NCBI GenBank assembly: GCA_030840645.1
Contig: JAVEEC010000020.1
Location: 173-64,172 of the forward strand
Direction: 5' to 3'
Origin: Frankiaceae bacterium
GTDB lineage: Bacteria > Actinomycetota > Actinomycetes > BP-191
Length of the DNA: 64,000 nt
Shown in pieces: positions 19,963 to 28,686 of this stretch. Made by a program: the position numbers and the translations under genes. Positions within the stretch are counted from its first letter, which is position 1; every line of letters begins with the position of its first letter. The notes under the pieces are model-generated. The model was not told where the DNA came from and searched no databases. It saw nothing but the letters and a program-made list of their open reading frames with translations.

Positions 19963-21213
19963 CTACGGCTTGCCGGGGAAATACAGGACGTTGCCGTCGA
20001 GGCCCTTGGCCCGGACGGTGGCCGCGTTCGTGAACAGGTCCACGTCGGCGTCGTTGCGGGGCTTCACGCCGGGGTTCCCGGCCTCGCTCATGCGGCACTC
20101 GGTCGCCGCGCTCGCCCAGTCCTGGGCGCGCGCCGCGGCCGCGAACTTCGGCCATCCCGACGCGAAGGCGGGGCCGAGCGCCCAGGCCATGCTGTGCAGG
20201 CCGAGGCGGGCGTCGGCCGGGTAGGAGTCCCAGTCCGGGAACGCCGCCCGCAGCGTGGCCTCGTTGGCGTCGAACTTCGTGTGCATCAGGTCGTCCATCC
20301 CGGCCTCGGTGAGCTTGAGGCTGGTCACCTTCTCCGCGGCGCGGTGGCCCTTCTGCGCGAGGCTGGTGTCGGCCTTGACCGCGCGCCACTCGGCGCTGAT
20401 CTCGTCGCGCGTCGCGGGCGAGCCGTCGCTCTTGTGCACGAACGGCAGCCCGAGGGCGGCCGGCTCGGGGTCGATGAGGTTGCCGACGGCGACCGTCACC
20501 AGCGCCTTGACGTCCAGGTACATCCACGGGACCCGGCCCTCGAACCGCGTCGTGAACGCGGGGAACGCGTCGCGGACGCTCGTGGCGCTGCCCGCGGGCG
20601 CGTGCGGCGTGACCGCGGCGCCGATCGGCAGGCCGTTCCAGCCGTCAACGATCGGGCGCGGGTAGCCGTCGTACGCGCGGTCGTTGGCGACGTCGTACTT
20701 GACGTACTCGTCGCCCTTGAAGAAGAACACGTCGCCGGTCGGCCACGCGACGGCCGCCTCGATGCCCTCGGTGAACACGCCGGGCCAGCTATCCGCGATC
20801 TTTTGCGGGTACCCCTCGGCGGCTCCGTCGTTGGCGACGTCGTACTTGACGTACTCGTCGCCCTTGAAGAAGTACGCCGACTCCCCGCCCGGCCAGAGCA
20901 CGGCCGCGTCGATGCCGTCGGTGAACACGCCGGGCCAGTTCTCCGCGATCGACCTCGGGTAGCCGTCGGCGACCTTGTCGGCGGTCATGTCGTACTGGAC
21001 GTAGTCCGTTCCCCTGAAGAAGTACCCGTTCCCGTCCGGCCACTCCAACGCCGCGTCGATGCCGTCGAACAGCCCCGCCCAGGCGCCCGCGATCGGCTGC
21101 GGGTAGCCGTCGTCGACGGCGTCGGCCGCGATGTCGTAGCGGACGTAGTCAGGTCCGGTGAAGAAGTACGCGTACTCCTTGCCAGGTCCGACCAGCCCGG
21201 TGAGCTTGGTCAT
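19963..21213 (-). CDS. Hemopexin-like four-blade repeat protein fused to a lysozyme-like (T4/GH24-type) domain, no signal peptide
   Basis: Four repeats of the type YAYFFTGPDYVRYD...GYPQPIAGAW (also FFRGTDYVQYD..GYPRSIAENW, FFKGDEYVKYD..GYPQKIADSW, FFKGDEYVKYD..GYPRPIVDGW). The C-half has FEGRVPWMYLDVKALVTVAVGNL (E-x8-D-x5-T lysozyme-like motif). Start at ATG 21213 with a GGGAGAGG RBS. Confidence 0.7.
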   Translation of the reverse strand: MTKLTGLVGPGKEYAYFFTGPDYVRYDIAADAVDDGYPQPIAGAWAGLFDGIDAALEWPDGNGYFFRGTDYVQYDMTADKVADGYPRSIAENWPGVFTDGIDAAVLWPGGESAYFFKGDEYVKYDVANDGAAEGYPQKIADSWPGVFTEGIEAAVAWPTGDVFFFKGDEYVKYDVANDRAYDGYPRPIVDGWNGLPIGAAVTPHAPAGSATSVRDAFPAFTTRFEGRVPWMYLDVKALVTVAVGNLIDPEPAALGLPFVHKSDGSPATRDEISAEWRAVKADTSLAQKGHRAAEKVTSLKLTEAGMDDLMHTKFDANEATLRAAFPDWDSYPADARLGLHSMAWALGPAFASGWPKFAAAARAQDWASAATECRMSEAGNPGVKPRNDADVDLFTNAATVRAKGLDGNVLYFPGKP

Positions 21214-21437
21214 GAGCCACCTCTCCCGTGAGTCACACCAGTCACCCCGGTCACAGCGGGGCAGACCGTATCGAACCCCGGTCAATAGCGATAGAGCGGG
21301 GCCGATCGGGACGAGTCAAGACCTCCTGCGGCGGCGGTGCAGTCGCCTTCATGACAGAACTTTGTGACCATCGCCTCTAGCCGGGTGTGCTCGTCAATAT
21401 CCCCGGGTAGCCAGATGGGTTTGCGGTCGGCGCGGAA

Positions 21438-21490
21438 GCGTTCTGTGCAGCCCACCCGCCCCCCTTGAGCGTGCTGATCTTCACAGAACG
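21438..21490 (+). repeat. Copy 2 of the 53-nt inverted-repeat element
   Basis: gcgttctgtgcag...gagcgtgctgatcttcacagaacg. 10-bp stem when 21438/21491 are included. Contains the TGA (21481..21483, minus strand) of the 936-aa BNR protein. Confidence 0.7.
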
Positions 21491-24291
21491 CATCGGCGCG
21501 GCCGGGTTCGGGTCCGGGTACGCAGCGCGGTGGCGGTGGCAGCGGCGGCGACCAGCCCGGCGAGGCACTGGACGGCGGCGAGGGCGGCGTCGCCGTCCCC
21601 CGGACGTGACGCGGCGAGCGAGGAGTCGCCGATCCGCTCGCGGGCGACCTGGACCCGCTCCTGCTCGGTGAGGGCCAGGCCTGCGTTGGGCTGTGACCCC
21701 TGCTGCGCGTTGGCCTGGCCCTGGCCCTGCCCCTGCGACTGCGTCTGCGGCTGGGTCTGGGGCTGGAGCTGGATGGGCGCGGGCGGCGCGGCGGCCACGC
21801 CGGGCAGCGCAGCGACGACGGCCGGGGGGCGCTCGTTCCCTGCGGGCCGGGAACGCGGCCCCGGGTCGGCGGCCGGGATCGCGACGGCGACCTCGCCGGT
21901 TGCGCGGGAGGGGTCGTAGGCGGCACCGGCGCCGGCGAACGTCGCGACGACCGGCTCCGTCCTGATGGCCGGCCGGGCAGCCGGGCGGCCCGGCGGCCGG
22001 TAGGCCCGGCACGCGATCCCCGCCGCGTCCGTGCGGGCAGCGCCGAGGGAGCGACCGGCCACGGCCAGGCTGACCGGCTGGCCGGGGAGCGGGCTCCCGG
22101 ACGGGAAGGTGAGCCGGGCGCACACGTCGGCACTCGTACCGAGGCGGATGGCGGGCCGGCCGAGGACGGCGAGCCGGGTGGGCGACCCGCACAGGCCGGC
22201 CGGGCTCTGGAACGCCGCGAGCAGGGTGTCGCTGACCCGCAGCCACACCGCCGGGACGGGGTACGTCGCGGAGTCGCAGGCGAGTGACGCGCTGTCGACG
22301 CTCGAGGTCGGCGGATGGGAGTACACGCCGAGCGTGCGGCAGCCACGGTCGATCCGGACGATGGTGACGCCGTCGTACCAGTCGACGAGTGCGGTGCCGT
22401 CGCCGAGGGAGACGATCGCCCGGGCGCCGTCGGGCTTCGCACCGCTCTGGATCGGGGCGTATGGGGTGCCGTAGCCCGTGTACGAGCAGCCGCCGGTCAG
22501 CTCCCCGCGCTTGTTCACGAACGAGATGGTGCGGCCGAGCTCGCTACCGAGCCAGAAGTCGTCGCGGGTGGGGTCGTAGGCCCACCGGCAGGACGGGTCG
22601 CAGGCGTAGATGAACAGCCTGGTCGTGGCACCGGTGCGTGGGTCGAACCGCGCCACCCCCGACCGGTAGAAGTAGGGCTCCTTGGTGCCCGATCCGCCCA
22701 CCATCGGGTGGTCGGCGTTGGCGAACAGGTACAGCGACTGGCGCGGCCGGTCCCAGCTGTAGGTGACCGTCCTCATGTCGCCGGCGAGCGGCATCGGCCG
22801 GTCGGCGTGCATACCGGTCGTGCTCACCCGGTGTACCGCGGCGACCCACTTGCTCGTGCCCGCAACGGTGAACAGCAGCGACTCCCCGTCGAACGCGAGC
22901 TGCCGGCCGCTGTCCTTCGGCACCGGCAGGACGCCCAATGGCAGCAGCGGCGTGCGAGGGAGCCCACCCGGCGGCGGCGTCCGTCCCCGCGAGGGCGTGG
23001 GGGGGTCGTCCGGCGGCCGCACCGTGGACGAGGTCGTCAGCCGGTAGGTCCGGCCGTCGCGCGCGCAGCGGACCAGGAACGCCGCCTGACGGCTCCCCGA
23101 CACGCGCAGCGCCTCGGGTCGGCACGCGTCGGGCAGCCCGCGCCACAGCCCCGTGATGCTCCGGCCGGAGCCGTCGAACAGCACGATCGTCCTGTCGACG
23201 AGCACCACGGCGCGGTTCGGTCGGTCGTGCGGGTCATGGATCGTCAGGCAACGGTCGTCCGGCTCGGCAGCGCACGGCGGCTCGCCCGGCACTGCGCGGA
23301 TCCCGGTCACCGCGGACCTCTGGAGCCCGGCGGTCGTGTAAAAGGACCCGCCGGCGCCGCCGCGGCGGCTGTCCGCATAGAAGAGACCGTTGTTGACGGA
23401 CGTCGCCCAGAACACCGGACTCGGCGGCAGGTACGCGGCGTTGCCCCGCGCCGCCACCGGCACCATCGCCGCATCCTGGACCATGCTCGGCGAGGAGCCG
23501 TTGATGGTGTCGCTGTGCCAGGTGTCCCGTGGCGCGGTCGTGTCCCACTGCCGGCCCAGGTGGAACCACATCCGTGCCGCGGCTGGGTCGGCGCCCGCGC
23601 GCGGGTCACCGTCCTGCGACGGCGCGCTGACCGCGTACTCCCACCCCGATGCGTCGTCCACGAACAGGCGCGTGAACAGCATCGGCGGTACCGGAGCGCC
23701 CTCCCAGAGACCCAGTGAGGAGCGCGGCCGGAACGTCGCGCCGCCGTCGGTACTGCCGTACAACGTCGGGACCCCGGGCACCGGCGACCGCACCGACACC
23801 AGCACGTTGCGGCTCTGCCGCGTCGTACCGTACGTCTGCCCGGCCGTCGCCGCGACGACGTCGCCGCCCACCCGGGGCACGCCGTTCGCCGACAGGAACA
23901 GCGGCGACGTGAAGGTCTCCCCGCCATCCGTCGTCAGCAGGACACCGCCGTCCTGCAACGCCACCAGCGCCCGCCGCTCGCCCATCCGCTCGGTGAAGAG
24001 CCCCACCGCCGGCGTCGCCAGGCTCAAGCGGCGCAGCCAGCGAGCGCCGCCGTCCGCGGACACCCAGACGTCCGACGCGGTGACCGCGAGCATCCGGCAC
24101 GGGTCCTCGTCGAACTGGTCCACCGCGACGACCGGTGCGCGGTCCGGCACGTCCACCGCCCGCCAGCGCCACGGCGCGTCCTCCGCGACGCAGGACGGCG
24201 GCACCGCGCGCGCCGTGACGACAGGTACGGCGAGCCCGAGAACGCCCGCCACCACCGCGACTCGCACCAGCCTCGCCGACACGTGACTCAC
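21481..24291 (-). CDS. Large secreted BNR/Asp-box beta-propeller protein with Gln-rich linker and C-terminal membrane anchor
   Basis: 936 aa. Signal peptide MSHVSARLVRVAVVAGVLGLAVPVVTARA. Asp-boxes SADGGARW, TTDGGETF, STDGGATF. QLQPQTQPQTQSQGQGQGQ low-complexity tract. C-terminal hydrophobic helix plus RTRTRTRPRR. The GTG start overlaps the upstream stop (GTGA). Confidence 0.8.
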   Translation of the reverse strand: MSHVSARLVRVAVVAGVLGLAVPVVTARAVPPSCVAEDAPWRWRAVDVPDRAPVVAVDQFDEDPCRMLAVTASDVWVSADGGARWLRRLSLATPAVGLFTERMGERRALVALQDGGVLLTTDGGETFTSPLFLSANGVPRVGGDVVAATAGQTYGTTRQSRNVLVSVRSPVPGVPTLYGSTDGGATFRPRSSLGLWEGAPVPPMLFTRLFVDDASGWEYAVSAPSQDGDPRAGADPAAARMWFHLGRQWDTTAPRDTWHSDTINGSSPSMVQDAAMVPVAARGNAAYLPPSPVFWATSVNNGLFYADSRRGGAGGSFYTTAGLQRSAVTGIRAVPGEPPCAAEPDDRCLTIHDPHDRPNRAVVLVDRTIVLFDGSGRSITGLWRGLPDACRPEALRVSGSRQAAFLVRCARDGRTYRLTTSSTVRPPDDPPTPSRGRTPPPGGLPRTPLLPLGVLPVPKDSGRQLAFDGESLLFTVAGTSKWVAAVHRVSTTGMHADRPMPLAGDMRTVTYSWDRPRQSLYLFANADHPMVGGSGTKEPYFYRSGVARFDPRTGATTRLFIYACDPSCRWAYDPTRDDFWLGSELGRTISFVNKRGELTGGCSYTGYGTPYAPIQSGAKPDGARAIVSLGDGTALVDWYDGVTIVRIDRGCRTLGVYSHPPTSSVDSASLACDSATYPVPAVWLRVSDTLLAAFQSPAGLCGSPTRLAVLGRPAIRLGTSADVCARLTFPSGSPLPGQPVSLAVAGRSLGAARTDAAGIACRAYRPPGRPAARPAIRTEPVVATFAGAGAAYDPSRATGEVAVAIPAADPGPRSRPAGNERPPAVVAALPGVAAAPPAPIQLQPQTQPQTQSQGQGQGQANAQQGSQPNAGLALTEQERVQVARERIGDSSLAASRPGDGDAALAAVQCLAGLVAAAATATALRTRTRTRPRRCVL

Positions 24292-25685
24292 GCCTTGCCT
24301 TCGTACCGCTCGAACGTGTCCGGCGTCGACGCGAAGAACACCCGCCGAGGCGTCACCGTCGAGATCGAGGGCGCAGTCACCCAGCGGCGCTTCGGGTCAC
24401 AGCAGGACCCATGTGGCACCGCGTACCTGCCGGACACGTCGATCCAGGGGTTCTTCGCCCGCGCCCGCAGCCGCGTCCAGGACAGGATCCAGAGCTTGTT
24501 GCCGGGTCCGGCGGCGACCAGGTCGTGCGGGTTGCTGCCCGGGAACAGCCGGTTGTAGTTGGGGTAAGCCCGGCCGGACGTGTACATCGCCGGCTCGTCG
24601 AAGTCACCTTCAGGGACACGGGGGAACGTCGCGCCGCCGTCGTCCGAGCGGTACATCCTGTTCCCCTGGTAGAGCGCGTAGACCCGGGCCTTGTTCGCCC
24701 CCGGGAGCGCGACGGCGAGGACCTGGGCCACGTACGAGGCGTTCGGGTTGCCGACGTTGGTCGGCCGCTGCCACGTCGCGCCGCCGTCCGTCGAGTGCCG
24801 GAAGTCGCCGTACCCGTACGCGTCGAAGCAAGCGCTCTCCGTGCAGTCGCCCTCCCAGAGCTCGTTCGCGTTCAGCGGGTTGACGGCCAGGAAGATCTGG
24901 CCGTCGTGGCGGGAGTCCCCGACGTCGCTGACCGACTGCACACTCCAGTGCGCTCCGCCGTCTTTGCTGCGGTAATAGAGCTTGCCGCCCTGCGGGCGGA
25001 GCTGCACGCCGAGGTAGACGACGTTCGGGTCCCGCGGCGCGACCGCCAGGGTCGCGCTCCAGGCCGACGAGGGCGTCTGGCCGGCGCTGGGGACCGCGGC
25101 GTTCACGTCGAGCTGGGAGTAGGTCCAGTGGTCGGCGCCGTTGCGGCTCGTCGCGACCACCACCCCGCCGCTCGGCCCGTCGACGATGACGAGGTGCACG
25201 CGCGCGTGCACCGACTTCGCGTCGGGTGTGACGATGCCGGTGATCGTCATCGCGTCGTACGTCGTGCGGACCGAGCTCACGTCCGGCGACGGCGGCACGT
25301 CGACCAGCGCCGTCAGGCCGCCCGTGCTGAACGTCTCCTTCCAGGTGCAGCCACCGTCGGCCGAGCGGAGCAGCGACCTGCCGTTCGTCACGTAGAGGAC
25401 CCGCGCGTCCCACCGGTCGACGCCGGTCGCGTTGACGTTCTCGCCGCCCTGGCCGCCGAAGGGGTACAGCGTGCCGAGCTTCGACGGGTCGGCCAGCACG
25501 TCGCGGAACGCCGGGTACTTGATCGTCGTCCAGCCGCCGCCGCGCGGCGTGATCTGTCCCTTGACCGAGCAGCCGGCGGCGCGCGCCGGGCCGACGGAGG
25601 GCGGGGCGGCCAGCGTCGCCGCAAGCGCGGCGACGGCCAGGAGCCGGAACATGCCGGTCCGGCCGGCGATCGTCGAGAGCTGCAT
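24288..25685 (-). CDS. Secreted BNR/Asp-box repeat (sialidase/GH74-like fold) protein
   Basis: Asp-boxes SADGGCTW, SRNGADHW, SKDGGAHW, STDGGATW, SDDGGATF. Start chosen at ATG 25685 (GAGGA upstream). Alternative starts are GTG 25700 or ATG 25652 (MFRLLAVAALAATLAAPP signal). Confidence 0.8.
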   Translation of the reverse strand: MQLSTIAGRTGMFRLLAVAALAATLAAPPSVGPARAAGCSVKGQITPRGGGWTTIKYPAFRDVLADPSKLGTLYPFGGQGGENVNATGVDRWDARVLYVTNGRSLLRSADGGCTWKETFSTGGLTALVDVPPSPDVSSVRTTYDAMTITGIVTPDAKSVHARVHLVIVDGPSGGVVVATSRNGADHWTYSQLDVNAAVPSAGQTPSSAWSATLAVAPRDPNVVYLGVQLRPQGGKLYYRSKDGGAHWSVQSVSDVGDSRHDGQIFLAVNPLNANELWEGDCTESACFDAYGYGDFRHSTDGGATWQRPTNVGNPNASYVAQVLAVALPGANKARVYALYQGNRMYRSDDGGATFPRVPEGDFDEPAMYTSGRAYPNYNRLFPGSNPHDLVAAGPGNKLWILSWTRLRARAKNPWIDVSGRYAVPHGSCCDPKRRWVTAPSISTVTPRRVFFASTPDTFERYEGKA

Positions 25686-25758
25686 CGGAACCGTCCTCAC
25701 TTTCCGGCCTTCACGACCACAGTGACCGCGCTCCGAACGACCATTGCGCCACCCATTC

Positions 25759-28284
25759 CTATCCGTCCCCGGCGGTCACGCGAACCGTCACAGGAGCTGA
25801 GATCGCACTGAGGATGCCGACCCCACCGGCGTAGGACGCGACATAGACCTGGTCCAGGCGCGGACGGTCAGTCGCGCGGAACCGGCCGCCCGAATCGGTG
25901 CGGACGCGCGCGAAGACGGCGTACGTCCCCGCCGTGGCCGCCCGCCGCGAGAGCTCGACCACGAGGCCCGCCGCCGGCCGGCCGGCCACCCGCAGCACGC
26001 CGCCGACGACGACCGTGCCACCGGCACGAACGCGCGCCGGCGCCGCAGTCAATGTCAGCGAGGCCTTCGCGGGCGGAACGATCGCGCGGACGCGAGGGCC
26101 GTCGGCGAAGACGACGCGGCCGTCAGGCAGCGCCACGACGCTCGACGGGGAGTCCACCGCGGCGTCGGCGGCCGCCCCGCCGTCGCCGGCAAAGCCGGTG
26201 GCGCCCGAGCCGGCGACGGTCGTGATCCGCCCGGACGCGTCGATGCGTCGGATCCGGTGGTTGCCGTAGTCGGCGACGTACACCTGGCCCGACGCGTCGG
26301 CGGCCGCACCGGCGGGCGCGCGGAGAGCCGCGTCCGGCGCCGGACCCTCGTCGCCGCCATACCCGTTCTTGCCGGAGCCGGCGAAGGTCGTGATGATGCC
26401 GTCCGGCGCGACCCGGCGGATCCGGTTCGTGTTGTACTCCACGATGTACAGGTCACCGGCCGGCGCGACGGCGAGCGCGGCTGGCTCGACATGAGCGGCG
26501 GTCGCCGGGCCACCATCGCCGAGCGCGGACGGCGCCGGAACCATGCCCGCGACAGTGCGGACGATGCCGTCCGTCGCGACCCGGCGGACCTGCTGAGGAA
26601 CGGCGACGAACAGCCCGCCTCGTGGATCCGCGGCGATCGCGACGATGGAGTCGAAGTACGTCTCCGTCGCGCGTCGACCGTCGGTCTGGTCGCGGCCGTC
26701 GCCCACGACGCCCGCGAACAGCGCGAGCGACCCATCGGCGGTGACCTTCCATACCAGGCCGCGCCCACCGGCCTGCGACGCGACGTACAGCGTGCCCGCC
26801 GTGTCGACCGCGATACCGACGATGCCGATGCCGACGTTGTTGTCGAAGCGCGCGCCACGCGCCGCGACGCCATCGGCCAGAGCCTCCGTACCGCCACCGA
26901 CGACCGTGTCTACCCGGCCGCTGCGCACCCGCCGCACGATGTCCGCGGACCCTGCCACTGAATCGATGAAGTAGAACGTTCCGGCGGCCGATGTGAGCGA
27001 CCGCGGGTTGGACACCATGACCGCCGTCGCGAGGAGTCCGTCGCCGAACGAGCCAGCTCGCATGCCGGCGGCTGTCGTCACGACCCCGGTCGCGGCAGAG
27101 ACTGTCAACACGCGGCTGCCGTCGGCGACATAGAGATCGCCGTGGGGACCGACCGCGACTCCGGTGACGGCCTCGAGGCTCGCCGCGGTGGCGGGGCCAC
27201 CCTCACCGCGGTACCCGACTTTGCCATCGCCCGCCACCGTGCTGACGGTCGAGCCGACGACCTTGCGCACCCGAAGCTTGCCCACCCAGTTGCTGGCGTT
27301 GCTGGCTACCATCCCGTCCGCGACATAGACAGCGCCCGAAGCGTCGACCGCGACGCCGTTCGGATTTCCGAACGCCGCGAGCGACGCGGGCCCTCCGTCG
27401 CCGGTGTACTGCCACGCGTTCGCGGCGGTCGGCCCGCCACCCAACGTCGCCGCGATTCCGGTTACCGCGGTGGGCAGGTCGCCAGCGGGCGAGCCGAGGC
27501 CGGCGGACGGCGTGACGCGGCCATCGGTGCCGACCTTGTACACGGAGCGCGTGGCGTCTCCGACGACGTACAGGCTGCCGTCGCGGTCGACTGTCAGGGC
27601 GCGTGGAGCGCGCAGCGTCGCGCCGGTCGCCGGGTCTGCGCCAGTGGTCGCCGAGCCGTCGGCCGTCAGGCCGACGCCGACGTAGGTGCTGATGACTCCG
27701 GTCGGGCTGACCTTGCGTATGCGGTGCTCGCTCGCTTCGGCGATGTACATCGCGCCGGCGGCATCGACAGCGAGACCAGTCGGCAGGTAGATCTGGGCCG
27801 CTGTCGCGGGTCCACCGTCGCCCAGACCTCCCGGAACGCCCGTTCCGGCGACCGTCGAGATGACGCCGCCCGGCGTGATCCGGCGGACGCGGTAGCTATC
27901 CGCGACATACAGGTTGCCGGCCGCGTCGAGCGTGATAGCGCTAGCCGACTTCAGGGTGGCGCGCGTGGCCGGACCTCCGTCACCGAGCGGGCCACTGCCG
28001 ACGACACCCGCGACCCGCGTCGCGTACCCGTCGAGGTCGATGCGAAATACGACAGCGCCGGGGCCGGCCATGGACGCGACGTAGACGCGACCGGCGGGAT
28101 CCACGACGAGATCGGTCGTCGCCAAGGGCAGCTGGTCGGCCGGGATCCGTGTCGAGAGTCCACCGGCAACGGTGTCGATCGTCGCCTCGCCGATCGCCTG
28201 GGGGACGGCGGTCGCGCCCGGCACCACCGCCGCGGCGGCCACCGCCACCGCGAGCAGCGTGAGTCGATACGCGTTCCCTGCCAT
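25759..28284 (-). CDS. Secreted NHL-repeat beta-propeller protein (multi-propeller) with C-terminal Ig-like region
   Basis: More than 10 repeats of the type G-x-GDGGPAT-x-A-x-L-x-x-P-x-G-x-AVD-x-x-G-x-(L/V)Y(V/I)AD-x-x-x-x-R(I/V)RR(I/V). Start at ATG 28284 (MAGNAYRLTLLAVAVAAAAVVPGATA signal). Confidence 0.85.
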   Translation of the reverse strand: MAGNAYRLTLLAVAVAAAAVVPGATAVPQAIGEATIDTVAGGLSTRIPADQLPLATTDLVVDPAGRVYVASMAGPGAVVFRIDLDGYATRVAGVVGSGPLGDGGPATRATLKSASAITLDAAGNLYVADSYRVRRITPGGVISTVAGTGVPGGLGDGGPATAAQIYLPTGLAVDAAGAMYIAEASEHRIRKVSPTGVISTYVGVGLTADGSATTGADPATGATLRAPRALTVDRDGSLYVVGDATRSVYKVGTDGRVTPSAGLGSPAGDLPTAVTGIAATLGGGPTAANAWQYTGDGGPASLAAFGNPNGVAVDASGAVYVADGMVASNASNWVGKLRVRKVVGSTVSTVAGDGKVGYRGEGGPATAASLEAVTGVAVGPHGDLYVADGSRVLTVSAATGVVTTAAGMRAGSFGDGLLATAVMVSNPRSLTSAAGTFYFIDSVAGSADIVRRVRSGRVDTVVGGGTEALADGVAARGARFDNNVGIGIVGIAVDTAGTLYVASQAGGRGLVWKVTADGSLALFAGVVGDGRDQTDGRRATETYFDSIVAIAADPRGGLFVAVPQQVRRVATDGIVRTVAGMVPAPSALGDGGPATAAHVEPAALAVAPAGDLYIVEYNTNRIRRVAPDGIITTFAGSGKNGYGGDEGPAPDAALRAPAGAAADASGQVYVADYGNHRIRRIDASGRITTVAGSGATGFAGDGGAAADAAVDSPSSVVALPDGRVVFADGPRVRAIVPPAKASLTLTAAPARVRAGGTVVVGGVLRVAGRPAAGLVVELSRRAATAGTYAVFARVRTDSGGRFRATDRPRLDQVYVASYAGGVGILSAISAPVTVRVTAGDG

Positions 28285-28390
28285 CAGAGCGCCACCCTCC
28301 CGACCGGCCGCGACCGGCACCCCCGCCTAGTGAGATTCGCGGCGCGCGCGAAAGGCTCCTGTGCGCGCCAACCAAAGTTGGTCGCCTCCG

Positions 28391-28621
28391 TCACGACCCC
28401 TCGTCCGGGCCCCGGGCGACGACCCAGAGAACGAACTGCGTCCGGCTCGTGACCTCGGCCCGCCGGTAGAGCCGGTGGATCCGCCACTTGACCGTGCCCA
28501 GGGGCATGCCGAGCGCGCGGGCGATCGCCCGGTTGTCCTCCCCGGCGACGACCAGGCTGACGATGCGCCGGTCGGTGTCGTCCTCGACGAGGCGCCGGCG
28601 GTAGCGCGGGCTGGGCTCCAC
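28391..28621 (-). CDS. Stand-alone LuxR-type HTH protein (76 aa)
   Basis: RIVSLVVAGEDNRAIARALGMPLGTVKWRIHRLYRRAEVTSRTQFVLW matches the LuxR/GerE C-terminal HTH pattern. No receiver or ligand domain. Confidence 0.65.
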   Translation of the reverse strand: MEPSPRYRRRLVEDDTDRRIVSLVVAGEDNRAIARALGMPLGTVKWRIHRLYRRAEVTSRTQFVLWVVARGPDEGS

Positions 28622-28686
28622 ACGGCGTTACCGTACGGACCCCTGGTGCCCTTCACATACGACGGAACTACCGATATTTTCTCCGG

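Noticed and set aside
16884-20527. 803-aa, 682-aa and 679-aa ORF-track entries spanning the operon genes
   Set aside because: They are off-frame or antisense shadows, or N-terminal over-extensions. For example, 18488..20527 runs through the hemopexin gene. Real starts were chosen at codons with GGAGG-type RBSs, where protein-like sequence begins.
21214-21437. Sigma-70-type promoter for the hemopexin operon (TTGACT ... TATCGC on the minus strand)
   Set aside because: The spacing is about 20 nt and the -10 match is weak. Without TSS data it cannot be distinguished from chance, so it is not annotated.
21490-21620. C-terminus of the 936-aa BNR protein as a sortase/LPXTG signal
   Set aside because: A hydrophobic helix plus an RTRTRTRPRR tail is present, but no LPXTG or LAXTG motif precedes it. 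I called it a simple C-terminal membrane anchor.
28330-28390. GC palindromes (ttcgcggcgcgcgcgaa; ccaaccaaagttgg) between the NHL gene start and the LuxR gene stop
   Set aside because: The stems are short and imperfect, as expected by chance in alternating GC sequence. There is no second copy or positional logic.
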